NCBI RefSeq assembly: GCF_963921235.1
Contig: NC_086097.1
Location: 42,904,001-42,968,000, forward strand
Length of the DNA: 64,000 bases
Origin: Mobula hypostoma
Taxonomy: Eukaryota
Reading direction: 5' to 3'
Positions 1 to 12,670 of the stretch are shown here, one piece after another. The notes under the pieces were generated by a model. The model was not told the origin of the DNA. It did not search any database and saw nothing but the letters and a program-made list of their open reading frames with translations. The position numbers and the translations under genes were made by a program. Position 1 is the stretch's first letter. Each line of letters opens with the position of its first letter.

Positions 1-593
1 GATCCATCTTTCATAGTCATATTAACACCCTTTCCTCTATCACTGTCAAAACTTTCCCTCTCTCGCCATAAATGAATGTCCTCTCGTACTTGACATTTCT
101 ACCCTGGGAAAGTTTGCCTATCCTATCCATGCCTCTCATAATTTTAAACTGTTATCAGGTCTCCCCTCAGCATCCAACATTCCAGCAAAAATGTTTGCCT
201 AAGCTTTTCTTATAGTTCATAACCACTAAACATGGCAGCATCCTGATAAAATCTCTTTGGCACCCTTTCCAAAGCCTCCACAACCTTTCTTAGGCAACTG
301 CAATTGTACAGTCCCTGGGGATCAAGGATGACTTGCTGCCAATCTGGTTTTGAGTGCAAGAACTTAATGAGTTTCAGACCTTACCAAAACTATGCTCTCT
401 TCCACAAAAAGCACAACTTGGCTGACAGGAAGTTGCATTGACATGTGAGGCATTGAAGGCATCCAATTCATTCAGAAACATAATGTGTCTATACACAGCA
501 ACACACAAAAAGTGCTGGAGGGACTCAGCAGGTCAGACATCTATGGAAAGGGTAAACTGTTTACATTTCAGACCAAGACAAACAAATAAATAA

Positions 594-640
594 GTATATA
601 CATATACATACACACATATATATACATACATATATATCAT
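594..640. repeat. (AT)/(AC) compound microsatellite
   Basis: tatatacatatacatacacacatatatatacatacatatatat. Confidence 0.85.
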
Positions 641-2399
641 TAAATATATAAAACAAAGCGCAAAAAAATCAAATAGTGATTCAGTGATCATGGACTATTC
701 AGAAATCTTAGTGGTCTACAAGGGGAAAAGAGCATTCCTAAAACATGGACTGTCTTCAGGTTCCTATACTACCTATGTGGGCATGTCCTGGCTGGTAGGG
801 GTACTTTTAGATGCTGCATTTGAGTTTTCTTTTGACCTCAGTGCTGAGACTCTTAATCATGATGGAGTTTACAACCCTCTGCAACTTTTACCAATCCTGT
901 GCATTGGCCCCTCCATACCAGATGGTGATGCAACCAGTTAGAATGTTCTCTACAGTACAGCTTCTGCAATGACAGGGCTAGGTTGGAAGCATTTGGGGAA
1001 TCATTGGGAATGCAGAAAATGTTGGAAATCCACCCAAAATAACGACCTGAATGTAACTGGGACCTCAGTTCAGGGAGACATTGGTTCGCTTAAGTATTTT
1101 TCCAATGCCTTGAGATCAGTCTCAGAAGCATATGGGGAGTGATTATTGCTCAGCAGACAAGTCTCTTTGCAGATCTGAGATCACAACCAACTTTGTTAAC
1201 ACAGCATTCAACCATCTTGTTCTTCCAAGCCAAACCTCAATTTAAATCTGCTTCTATATTCTGACTGTCCATAAAGAACCCAAAATTCTAGGTCCCCAAA
1301 TTAACTTCCAAGTGTTGAAATTCCTGTGTACGTTTTTATTCTGCCGCACATTGCTCAGTTTAACCCTACACAACTACAAGGGGGTGAAAATCTAATAAAT
1401 CGCACTGAGGAATCTGGGTTCAAATTTAATTTAATTCAAACCATCATATTGAGGCCTGTTTGGAGACAAAACATTTAAAAACAAAAAGGAACTCAATAGG
1501 CCAGGTAGCATCTCTGGAGGTAAAGGGATGCTTGACATCCCAAGTCAAAATCCTGCACCAAAATAGACTTGTAAGTATCGTTACCAGGCCACGACTAGTT
1601 GAGAAATAATTCAGAGCCTTAAATGAAACTTTACCTCATCTCTCATTTCCAGAATGCAGTTTAGAAAACAATAGTGGTGTTGGGTAGGACTGCCCTAACG
1701 ATTAGACAGCTCGAGATCAAGATGGTAGTGCAAAGCACTCAGCATGTAATGACTATAGTGACACTGTACAAGTGCTTCTACAGAAAGCAGGAAGAAAAAG
1801 GGAACTGAAGAGGCCAGTTGAGAGACTGAGGGTAATTCAGAAGCAGATAGGGAATTACTAAGAAAGATTAAGATGCACGAAACAAGGGGACAAAGGTTTA
1901 CACTTCTAAGATCACAAATGCAGAAGAATATATTTCCATTCTTTTAGAATGCTTTTTGGACTATGACATGGAATAACTCAAAATTCTACTTGCGTCCTCA
2001 TACCAAACCAAAGATGCAAATGTGTAAGATCCTAAACTTCAGGTCTATATTTTAAATCTAAGCTCAACACCAAGGTTTCTGCCAGAATAATACACAACTT
2101 AGATCAGTCTGTCACCCTTATCGATAATGCTTGGACTGTTTTTAAAACACACACCACTCCATTTCACCAACCAATGTGCTTCTAAATTTCCAAGTTGCAT
2201 ATGAGTAGCAAAAGCAGCCTAGAACAAATGCTGATCACACATCCAATATATTTAGTGCTATGAAAGACAGGTCTCAGCACTAACAAGAAGGAACTTTATT
2301 TACAAAATCGGAGCATTACAGAACGTTTGCTTGTCAGATCATCACAGCTGAGTACGCCAGAGTCCTTTTTCCTCATTGCAGTCTTGCTCCATTCGTAAT

Positions 2400-2408
2400 T
2401 TAGTCCAA
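2400..2408 (-). CDS. RPS29: RPS29 exon 3 coding part (LD*)
   Basis: Acceptor ttctttttgtAG then TTG GAC TAA; joined CDS 62+100+9=171 nt = 56 aa; AATAAA on the minus strand at 2295-2300. Confidence 0.95.
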   Translation of the reverse strand: MD

Positions 2409-2640
2409 CTACAAAAAGAAAACATAAGATTAAGCATTTTAATTGCAAAAGCATTTACATCACAGACATTTACAGCATTCACTGTACATAGACATGAACA
2501 GTGACTCACTCGGTCCTGACAGTGTACTGAAATAGCCATCAGTGCAGGAATCGAAGTGACAACTGTTCTATAAGACGGATAAAATCCAAAAACCATTTCC
2601 CATAGAAGTAGGAGTCTTGAAATAGTTTATACCCCACTTA

Positions 2641-3015
<375 letters not shown>

Positions 3016-3104
3016 TTAGGCTTCATCTGCTCATTCCTAATACCACGGATGCCGCTACCCCATGGCCCGGGTACCGAGATACACCACAGTGATGGAATAC
3101 GCAC

Positions 3105-3166
3105 CAGGAGCGGGAGCCCTGTCCGAATTTTCGGGGGTGAGACCAGTAGAGCTGCTGGTGGCCCAT
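3105..3166 (-). CDS. RPS29: 40S ribosomal protein S29, coding exon 1 ([20 protein letters not shown] + TG)
   Basis: Reverse complement translates to the RPS29 N-terminus; ATG at 3166-3164; GT donor at 3104-3103. Confidence 0.98.
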
Positions 3167-3186
3167 GTCGGCGCGGCGGTGGATCC

Positions 3187-3201
3187 AAAAGAGAGAGAGA
3201 G
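3187..3201 (-). promoter_or_regulatory. 5' terminal oligopyrimidine (TOP) tract / TSS of RPS29
   Basis: Minus strand CTCTCTCTCTCTTTT about 20 nt upstream of the ATG, typical of ribosomal protein mRNAs; lies in a CpG island of about 2.7-3.3 kb. Confidence 0.85.
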
Positions 3202-3251
3202 TAGGCCGCGCACGCGCTCTTCAACCCCTTCCCAGCGGCCCCGGCGCTCTC

Positions 3252-3290
3252 ATTTGAATATCACGTTAATTAGCATGCGCCGTGACGTAA
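3252..3290. promoter_or_regulatory. RPS29 upstream promoter motifs: octamer-like ATTTGAAT and ATTAGCAT, CRE/ATF-like TGACGTAA
   Basis: Motifs at 3252-3259, 3269-3276 and 3283-3290. Confidence 0.5.
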
Positions 3291-4349
3291 CGCAGGACAA
3301 CTTCAACCCACTGTTGTGTTCCTGCAATGTCCTCTTTCGCTACTCCACCCCCGCTGGTCTGCTTTGTTGGTATTGGCATGGGCATCGCCTTACAAAAAAT
3401 TTCCATACAGCACGGTAGTACACAATGCAATTGAAATCCTGAGATAGATTCTGCAGATGCTGAAAATCTTGAGTAACACACAAAATGTTGGAGGAACTCA
3501 GCATCTATGAAGGGAAATGTCCTGTTGAAGGGCCTCAGCTGGAAACATTGACTCTTTCCAGATGCAGAGGACCCCAAGTTCTGTTCATCTCTTTCCTCCT
3601 TTGAGGAGACCCTTAAAAATGACATACTACCCTCATATATAATCCCGATGTGAAATGTTACTTGATAATGTATATGAACTGCCTTGGAATGATTCACTGC
3701 ATTAAAAGAGCTAATTAAATGCAAAACTGGATGATGGAAATCTGACATAAAAGCAGAAAATGCCAGAAATAATAATCAGGTCAAGTAGCATGCAAGGAGG
3801 TTTTCAAGTCAAAGATCTAATCTGGAAGTTACTTTGAAATTATATATGTTTCTCTAAAAAGGAGACATTCATGCTTTTATTTTTTTCCTGGCTAATGATA
3901 TAATCATCCTTCTAAATGATTTAAAAGAGTATTGTATTTTGGGTGACTGGACAGTATCTCTTGCAGAGGGGAATGTTGACTTAAACATTCAACCAGTAAG
4001 CTAGTGTGTGGAGAGGTTTATTGGGGTTGCTAGCCAAGGTTTCTGCGGGGTTGTAGCTGTACCATCATTATGTGCCAAGTTGTATGACGGGGGTAATCAT
4101 GGTCTTGACCATGACTGTCCGTGGCAGCTGTACCAGGGGTTTTATCGTGACCTGAAACAACTGACCAGAGACCACTTCTTCCAACACGTCCTTTCACAGC
4201 ATCTAAGTGACACTGCCCAGCACCCAAGTAATGGGACACTTCAGCTGACTGGGTGAACTGTCATGGCCAGGACCATGTTATTTCATTATTGAGTTAGTTT
4301 GCATTAGTTGAAATTTAGTTGATGGTTTCTTTTAAGCCAAGGAGTTAAT

Positions 4350-5100
4350 ACAAAACAGACACAAGCCGTTTGGCCTAACGCGTTCCTGCCAACCAAGGTG
4401 CCTTCATGAGCTAGTTCCATTTGCCTACAATTGGCCTGTATCCCTCTAAACCTGTCCTTTCCTTGAACATGTCTCAACATCTTTTAATTGTTGTAATTAT
4501 ACTCACACCTACCACTTTCTCTGGCTGCTCGTTGCATTTACCCGCCGCCATCTGTGTGAAAAACCTGCCTCTCAGGTCCCTTTTGCCTCTTACATTAATC
4601 CTATGCCCTCAAGTTTTAGACTCCCCTAATCTGTCAAAAAAAATTCCTTGTGATTTTATAAATTTTATTAAGTCACCCCTTGACTTCCTTCATTCCAGGG
4701 AATATAGTACCAACCTATCTAGTCTCTCTTCATCTCAAGCTTGCCAATCCCAGCAAAATCCTTATGAATCTATTGTGCACCTGCTCTCACTTAAACACTT
4801 CCTCCCTACAGTATAGCAACTGGAATTGTACACAATATTCCAGGTGTGCCCCACCTCACCATCTACAGCTGTAATATGATGTCCCAAACCTTGCACTCAA
4901 TATCCCATCAGATAAAAGCAAGCATGTCCTGTGCCTTCTTCACAACTTTGCCTACATGTGTCACCCCCTTTCAGGGAACTGATATGTGCGTGTACCCACT
5001 ACATCTTCAACAATATTCCTCAGTGTCCTCATTAGGTAAGCTCTGCCCAGGTTTATCTTCCCAAGATCCATAATTTCACATTTGTCTAAGATAAATGTCA
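4350..5100 (-). mobile_element. Old CR1-type LINE 3' fragment (approximate limits)
   Basis: Degenerate reverse-strand similarity to the 3' ORF2/UTR of the CR1 at 51.4-55.7 kb. Confidence 0.6.
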
Positions 5101-5176
5101 TCTGCTTTTCCTTACAACACACATCAAAGTTGCTGGTGAACGCAGCAGGCCAGGCAGCATCTGTAGGAAGAGGTGC

Positions 5177-5212
5177 AGTCGACGTTTCAGGCTAAGACCC
5201 TTCGTCAGGACT
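5177..5212 (-). ncRNA. Minimal type-I hammerhead ribozyme motif
   Basis: Reverse complement AGTC CTGACGA AGGGTCTTAGCCT GAAA CGTC GACT; intact core with stem I AGTC/GACT. Confidence 0.8.
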
Positions 5213-5505
5213 AACTGAAGGAAGAGTGAGTAAGGGATTTGAAAGTTGGAGGGGGAGGGGGAGATCCAAAATGATAGGAGAAGACAGGAGGGGGAGGGAT
5301 AGAGCCAAGAGCTGGACAGGTGATTGGCAAAAGGGGATACGAGAGGATCATGAGACAGGAGGTCCGGGAAGAAAGACAAGGGGGGGGGACCCAGAGGATG
5401 GGCAAGAGGTATATTCAGAGGGACAGAGGGAGAAAAAGGAGAGTGAGAGAAAGAATGTGTGCATAAAAATAAGTAACGGGTGGGGTACGAGGGGGATGTG
5501 GGGCC

Positions 5506-6863
5506 TTAGTGGAAGTTAGAGAAGTCGATGTTCATGCCATCAGGTTGGAGGCTACCCAGACGGAATATAAGGTGTTGTTCCTCCAACCTGAGTGTAGCTT
5601 CATCTTTACAGTAGAGGAGGCCGTGGATAGATATGTCAGAATGGGAATGGGATGTGGAATTAAAATGTGTGGCCACTGGGAGATCCTGCTTTCTCTGGCG
5701 GACAGAGCGTAGATGTTCAGCAAAGCGGTCTCCCAGTCTGCGTCGGGTCTCACCAATATATAAAAGTCCACATCGGGAGCACCGGACGCAGTATATCACC
5801 CCAGTCGACTCACAGGTGAAGTGTTGCCTCACCTGGAAGGACTGTTTGGGGCCCTGAATGGTGGTGAGGGAGGAAGTGTAAGGGCATGTATAGCACTTGT
5901 TCCGCTCACACGGATAAGTGCCAGGAGGGAGATCATTGGGGAGGGATGGAGGGGACGAATGGACAAGGGAGTTGCGTAGGGAGTGATCCCTGCGGAATGC
6001 AGAGGGGGGGGAGGGAAAGATGTGCTTAGTGGTGGGATCCCGTTGGAGGTGGCGGAAGTTACGGAGAATAATATGTTGGACCCGGAAGCTGGTGGGGTGG
6101 TAGATGAGGACCGGGGGAACCCTATTCCTAGTGGGGTGGCGGGAGGATGGAGTGAGAGCAGATGTACGTGAAATGGGGGAGATGCGTTTAAGAGCAGAGT
6201 TGATAGTGGAGGAAGGGAACCCCCTTTCTTTAAAAAAGGAAGACATCTCCCTCGTCCTAGATTGAAAAGCCTCATCCTAAGAGCAGATGCGGCGGAGATG
6301 AAGGAATTGCGAGAAGGGGAAGGCGTTTTTGCAAGAGACAGGGTGAGAAGAGGAATAGTCCAGAAGCTGTGAGAGTCAGTAGGCTTATAGTAGACATCAG
6401 TGGATAAGCTGTCTCCAGAGACAGAGACAGAAAGATCTAGAAAGGGGAGGGAGGTGTTGGAAATGGACCAGGTAAACTTGAGGGCAGGGTGAAAGTTGGA
6501 GGCAAAGTTAATAAAGTCAACGAGTTCTGCATGCGTGCAGGAAGCAGCGCCAATGCAGTCGTCGATGTAGTGAAGGAAAAGTGGGGGACAGATACCAGAA
6601 TAGGCACGGAACATAGATTGTTCCACAAACCCAACAAAAAGGCAGGCATAGCTAGGACCCATACGGGTGCCCATAGCTACACCTTTAGTTTGGAGGAAGT
6701 GGGAGGAGCCAAAGGAGAAATTATTAAGAGTAAGGACTAATTCCGCTAGACGGAGCAGAGTGGTGGTAGAGGGGAACTGATTAGGTCTGGAATCCAAAAA
6801 GAAGCATAGAGCTTTGAGACCATCCTGATGGGGGATGGAAGTATATAAGGACTGGACATCCAT
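5506..6863 (-). pseudogene. Penelope-like RT-thumb-GIY-YIG ORF, 5'-truncated and disrupted
   Basis: ORF tracks 5829..6863 and 5506..6246; frameshift near 6360 and premature TAG near 6278. Confidence 0.9.
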
Positions 6864-7859
6864 GGTGAAAATAAAGCGGTGGGGGCCAGGGAAATAAAAT
6901 CATCGAAAAGTCTGTATGCTCTCACTCCATCCTCCCGCCACCCCACTAGGAATAGGGTTCCCCTGGTCCTCACCTACCATCCCACCAGCCTCCGGGTCCA
7001 ACATATTATTCTCCGTAACTTCCGCCACCTCCAACGGGATCCCACCACTAAGCACATCTTTCCCTCCCCCCCCCTGCATTCCGCAGGGATCGCTCCCTTC
7101 GCAACTCCCTTGTCCATTCGTCCCCCCCATCCCTCCCCACTGATCTCCCTCCTGGCACTTATCCTTGTAAGCGGAACAAGTGCTACACATACCCTTACAC
7201 TTCCTCCCTTACCACCATTCAGGGCCCCAAACAGTCCTTCCAGGTGAGGCAACACTTCACCTGTGAGTCAACTGGGGTGATATACTGCGTCCGGTGCTCC
7301 CGATGTGGCCTTTTATATATTGGCGAGACCCGACGCAGACTGGGAGACCACTTTGCTGAACATCTACGCTCTGTCCGCCAGAGAAAGCAGGATCTCCCAG
7401 TGGCCACACATTTTAATTCCACATCCCATTCCCATTCTGACATGTCTATCCACGACCTCCTCTACTGTAAAGATGAAGCCACACTCAGGTTGGAGGAACA
7501 ACACCTTATATTCCGTCTGGGTAGCCTCCAACCTGATGGCATGAACATCGACTTCTCTAACTTCTGCTAAGGCCCCACCTCCCCCTCGTACCCCATCTGT
7601 TACTTATTTTTATGCACACATTCTTTCTCTCACTCTCCTTTTGCTCCCTCTGTCCCTCTGAATATACCTCTTGCCCATCCTCTGGGTCCCCCCCCCCCTT
7701 GTCTTTCTTCCCGGACCTCCTGTCCCATGATCCTCTCGTATCCCCTTTTACCTATCACCTGTCCAGCTCTTGGCTCTATCCCTCCCCCTCCTGTCTTCTC
7801 CTATCATCTTGGATCTCCCCCTCCAACTTTCAAATCCCTTACTCACTCTTCCTTCAGTT

Positions 7860-7895
7860 GGTCCTGACGAAGGGTCTTGGCCTGAAACGTCGACT
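7860..7895 (+). ncRNA. Minimal type-I hammerhead ribozyme motif (predicted cleavage after C7891)
   Basis: GGTC CTGACGA AGGGTCTTGGCCT GAAA CGTC GACT. Confidence 0.8.
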
Positions 7896-8136
7896 GCACC
7901 TCTTCCTACAGATGCTGCCTGGCCTGCTGCGTTCACCAGCAACTTTGATGTGTGTTGCTTAAATTTCCAGCATCTGCAGAATTCCTGTTGTCTGCTTTTC
8001 CTTAGTTCACTTTCCTACTTGATTGAGATCTTGATTGTAAACTTTGACAGCTTTCATCACTGTCCATTGTACCATCAATCTTGGTAAACATCCACAGATT
8101 TAGGAATCAAAATTCAAAGTAACTTTATTATCCAAG

Positions 8137-8328
8137 CAACACACATAAAATAACACAGATAAATAATCCCTTACTCACTCTTCCTTCAGTTAGTCCTGAC
8201 GAAGGGTCTCGGCCTGAAACGTCGACTGCACCTCTTCCTAGAGATGCTGCCTGGCCTGCTGCGTTCACCAGCAACTTTGATGTGTGTTGCTTGAATTTCC
8301 AGCATCTGCAGAATTCCTGTTGTTTGCG
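8137..8328 (+). mobile_element. 192-bp non-autonomous Penelope-derived mini-element carrying a hammerhead
   Basis: 13-bp TSD TTTATTATCCAAG at 8124-8136 and 8329-8341; same CAACACACAT left end and GAATTCCTGTTG right end as the large element. Confidence 0.9.
8192..8227 (+). ncRNA. Minimal type-I hammerhead ribozyme motif (predicted cleavage after C8223)
   Basis: AGTC CTGACGA AGGGTCTCGGCCT GAAA CGTC GACT. Confidence 0.8.
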
Positions 8329-8438
8329 TTTATTATCCAAGTATGTATATGTCACCATATACTACCTTGCGATTGAATTTCTTGCAAGCGTTCACAGTGA
8401 ATAGAAAGAAACACAATAGAATCAATGAAAAACCACAG

Positions 8439-9930
8439 AAGCTGCAGGACCAGACGGCATCCCAGGGCAGGTACTCAGGATGTGCACAGCACAACCGGCA
8501 GGTATGTTTACAGATATTTTTAACCTCTCCCTCTCCCAGTGTAGAGTGCCCTCCTGCTTCAAAACATCCACCATTGACACTGTACCTAAAAAGACCAAGG
8601 TAACATGCCCAAACGACAGGCGTCCTGTCACACTCACCTCAATAATAAGCCAATGCTTTGAGAGGCTGGTCAAGGACTACATCTGCAGCTTGCTACCACC
8701 CACACTGGACCCCCTACAATTTGTCTACTGACACAACTGATCAACAGATGATGCAAAGCCACAGCTCTACACACCATCTTTACACATATGGAGAAGAAGG
8801 ATGCTTATGTGAGAATGCTGTTCTTGGACTACAGTTCAGCATTCAACACCATAATTCCCTCCAGGCTCGACAAGAAGCTCAGAGACCTCAGCCTTCACCC
8901 TGCCTTGTGCAGCTGGATCCTGGAATTCCTGTCAGATCACTAACAGGTGGTAAGAGTGGGCTCCCTCACCTCTACCCCTCTGACCCTCAACACAGGTGCC
9001 CCTCAGGGCTGTGTCCTAAGCCCCCTCCTTTACTCTCTGTATACCCATGACTGTGTCGCCACCCACAGCTCCAATCTCCTAATTAAATTTGCTGACGACA
9101 CTACACTGATTGGCCTAATCTCAAATGATAATAAGGCAGCCTACAGAGAAGAAGTCATCACCCTGACACATTGGTATCAAGAAAACAACCCCTCCCTCAA
9201 TGTCACAAAAACAAAGGAGCTGGTTGTGGATTACAGGAGGAATGGAAACAGCCTAACCCCTATTGACAACAATGAATATGAATCTGGGGTTGAGAAGGTG
9301 AACAGCTTCAAGTTCCTTGGCATAAACATCACTGAGGATCTCACGTGGTCTGTGCACACCGGCTGTGTGGTGAAAAAGGCACAACAGCACCTCTTTCACC
9401 TCAGACAGTTGAAGAAGTTTGGTATGGGCCCCCAAATCCTAAGAACTTTCTACAGGGGCACAATTGAGAGCATCCTGACTGGCTGCATCACTGCCTGGTA
9501 TGGGAACTATACTCCCCTCAATCGCAGGACTCTGCAGAGAGTGGTGTGGACAGCCCAACCCATCTGTAGTTGTGAACTTCCCACTGTTCAGGACATTTAC
9601 AAAGACAGGTGTGTAAAAAGTGCCTGAAGAATCATCGGGACATGAGTCACCCCAACCACAAACTGTTCCAGCTGCTACCATCCAGGAAGCGGTACCACAG
9701 CATAAAAGCCAGGACCAACAGGCTCTGGGACAGCTTCTTCCACCAGGCCGTCATACTGATTAATTCTTGCTGATACAATTGTACTTCTTTGTTATATTGA
9801 CTGTCCTGTTGTGCATACTATTTATTATAAATTACCATAAATTACATTTAGACGGAGACGTAACGTAAAGATCTTTACTACTCATGTATATGAAGGATGT
9901 AAGTAATAAATTCAATTCAGTTCAGTTCAA
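8439..9930 (+). mobile_element. Rex1/Babar-clade LINE, 5'-truncated RT, nested in an older minus-strand Rex-like element (~8105-10500)
   Basis: RPVTLTS..CFERL, LDPLQF, GAPQGCVLSPLLYSLYT, KFADDTT; AATAAA followed by a (TTCAA/TTCAG)n tail. Confidence 0.85.
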
Positions 9931-10881
9931 CAAGATTGACAAAAACCAATGTGCAAAAGACAACAAACAGTGCAAGTACAAAAAGAAAAAACAAAGAAAA
10001 TAATAATAATAATAAATAAGCAATAAAAGTCATAAACATGAGGTGAAGATTTTCCTTAGAAGTGAGTCCATAAGTTATAGGAATAGTTCAGGATGGAGTG
10101 ATTGAAGTTGGGTGGTTATCCCCCCGGTTCAAGAGCCTGATGGCTGAGGGGTAATGGCTGTTCCTAAACCTGGTGGTGTGGGTCCTGGGGCTCCTGTACC
10201 TGCTTCCTGATCGCAGCAGCAAGAAGCAAACACGGCCTGTGTGGTGGGGGTCCCTGATGATGGATGTTGCTTTCCTGCAACAATGCTCCCTGTAGATCTG
10301 CTCAATGGAATGGCGGGCTTTACCCATGATGAGCTGGCCGTATCCACTACTTTTTTATCGGCTTTTCCTTTCAAGGGCATGTTTCCATACCAGGCCATGC
10401 TGAAACCTGTCAGTATACTCCCCAGCATATATCTATGGAAGTTTGTTTAAGTTTTATATGACACGCCGAAGCTTTGCAAACTTCTAAGGAAGCAGCACTG
10501 CAGACTGTAACATCAAAACGGCGAGTTTGTCTCCCTCTTCGTTGTTGAAGGAGTGACATTCCTCTCTCCCTTCTCAGTGAGAGAGCCTGAAGGATGTTGA
10601 ACAGTTGGGATAAACAGTATTTGTTGATGTACTGTAGACCATGGTCTCCCTTTGGGGCTTTGCTATTATTTGCATGGTGGGTGGTGAGGAGTGCTGATGC
10701 TTTCTGCTGGAATAAGTGGAGGGAAGGGGAGGGTTGATGCTGCTTATTGCTGCTTGTGCATGGAGGGCGGGGGGCAGGGGGCTTTGGGGTTCTTACATTT
10801 TTTTCTGTCATTCATTCTTTGGGGGTTTTTTGTCTGTTTCGAGGATGTCTGCAGCAAGTCAGGATTTCAGGTTGTATACCA

Positions 10882-11620
10882 CAGTGGTCCCCAACCACCG
10901 GGCCGTAAGGAAACGATATGATTTGGCGATATGAAACGATATGAGTCAGCTGCACCTGTCACGCACTGTTGAACTTGAACATAGGGTTGTCAACTGTCCC
11001 GTATTAGCCAGGACATCCCGTATATTGGGCTAAATTGGTTTGTCCCATACGGGATGGCCCTTGTCCCGTATTTCCCCCACTAAGGTACAGCGTTCCTATG
11101 AAACTGTTCGTCAGCCAAAATGGCGTAAAGCGAAGAAGCAATTACCATTAATTTATATGGGAAATTTTTTTGAGTGTTCCCAGACCCAAAAAATAACCTA
11201 ACAAATCATACCAAATAACACATAGAACCTAAAATAACACCAACATATAGTAAAAGCAGGAATGATATGATAAATACACAGCCTATATAAAGTAGAAATA
11301 ATGTATGTACAGTGTAGTTTCACTTAACAGAACCAGGAAGATAAAGCCAAAACTGATTATTAGAAAAAATCGGCACGTACACGCATGCACACTTCATGTA
11401 TGCGCACGTCACACATGCGCACACAGGTGCCCGCGCAAGACTCCATGGTCATGGTAGTCTTTCTCGGGGTAAACACAAGTGTCCCGTATCTGACTGCTAC
11501 TTTTGTCCCTCATTTGGGAGTGAGAAAGTTGGCAACTCTACTTGAGCACCCCCCCCCCACCCCGTCGGCCGCTCCGCAAGAATACTGTCAATATTAAACC
11601 AGTCCGCGGTGCAAAACAGT
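10882..11620. mobile_element. hAT (Charlie-like) MITE interrupted by a second hAT-type MITE
   Basis: CAGTGGTCCCCAAC terminus; an uninterrupted sibling copy lies at 26367-26576. Confidence 0.75.
10982..11540. mobile_element. Nested non-autonomous hAT-type DNA transposon
   Basis: TIRs TAGGGTTGTCAAC / GTTGGCAACTCTA; 8-bp TSD CTTGAACA (10974-10981) / CTTGAGCA (11541-11548). Confidence 0.85.
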
Positions 11621-12119
11621 TTAACATATACATTCTATGATGTTAAGTGGAACCATCGAAAGTCAAGGTGATGCCATGTTTTCTTTGCAAATTCTCATAC
11701 AAATTGATAAGTAGCAGAGGAACTAGCACCAATCCCTGCAGAATACCACTGGTTCGCCATTACCACCTTCCACCAGTCCAATTTTGTATCCAACTGGCCA
11801 GCTCACCCTGACCATCTCAGTTTCCAGATCAATCTACCATGTGGGGACTTGGTCAATATTAATTAATTAATTAACCAATAATTAATTAATGGTTTCCATG
11901 GAGAATGAAAGGTAGCAAAAAGACGAGTTTAACTTGCAGATTTTCCATGCCTAAAAAAAGTCAGCCACCAGAGAGCGCTGAAACTTCTGGAACTGAAATA
12001 TATACATAAAATAATCTTTGATTGATCTGGGCAATTATACTCTGTTCTCCTCTCCACGGAATCTGCCTGTCATTGAGCTCCTTCAATATCATATTTACAA
12101 GAGCCTGTATTTTCCTTTT

Positions 12120-12670
12120 GTTTCCGGCTACTGTTGGTGGAACAGGCGCCAGTCACCCCGAGGCCCCAGTTCCGGGGCCCATTATGACTCCACAGCGCCG
12201 CCTCTGGCTCCAGCTAGATCGCACCTTGTGTGAGCAGGGCGCCCCCGCGCCGCCGCACTCGGTGGTTGCTATTGGTGAGGATTTGCGCCAATCAGCTGCC
12301 CGGATAGGAGGAGAGCCAGACGCGGGCTACCTGAAACTGGTCGCTGGTGTACGGTGGTCCGGCCCGACCCGGGTTGGTCATTGTTGGGGCTTCTCACTCG
12401 AGGCGACCTTTTTTTATTATTTAAAACGGTAAGTATATCTCAATTGTAGACATTCGGGGCGAATGGGTCGTGAGCTCGGCCCCTGGGCGATTAAATTCAG
12501 TGGGGCCGGGTGGGGGGGGGGGGTTGTCATCGCTCTCCCTTATGTGTTGGGTCCGTTCAAGGCCTGCAGGTCTCCGTGACGGGCTACAGATTTTGTTTGA
12601 AATCTTCGTGTACTTTTACTACGCCACCGGTTTTCTTCCCACGTCTTGGAGATGCTCCTCCCGCGCCTAA
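12120..12670 (+). promoter_or_regulatory. Orphan CpG-island promoter with putative non-coding first exon ending at 12428
   Basis: CpG-rich, no TE features; CCAAT boxes at 12271 (reverse) and 12288; GCGCCAAT NF-Y/E2F-like composite; strong donor ACG|GTAAGT at 12428/12429. Confidence 0.7.

Larger units (their letters stand above)
5115..7990. mobile_element. Penelope-like retroelement (RT + GIY-YIG endonuclease), fold-back insertion: minus arm 5115-~6912, inverted plus arm ~6917-7990
   Basis: 14-bp TSD TCTGCTTTTCCTTA at 5101-5114 and 7991-8004; RT motifs MDVQSLYTSIP, GVAMGTRMGPSYA, YIDD; GIY-YIG region VIYCVRC..LYIGET..H; about 1.07 kb shared in inverted orientation. Confidence 0.95.
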
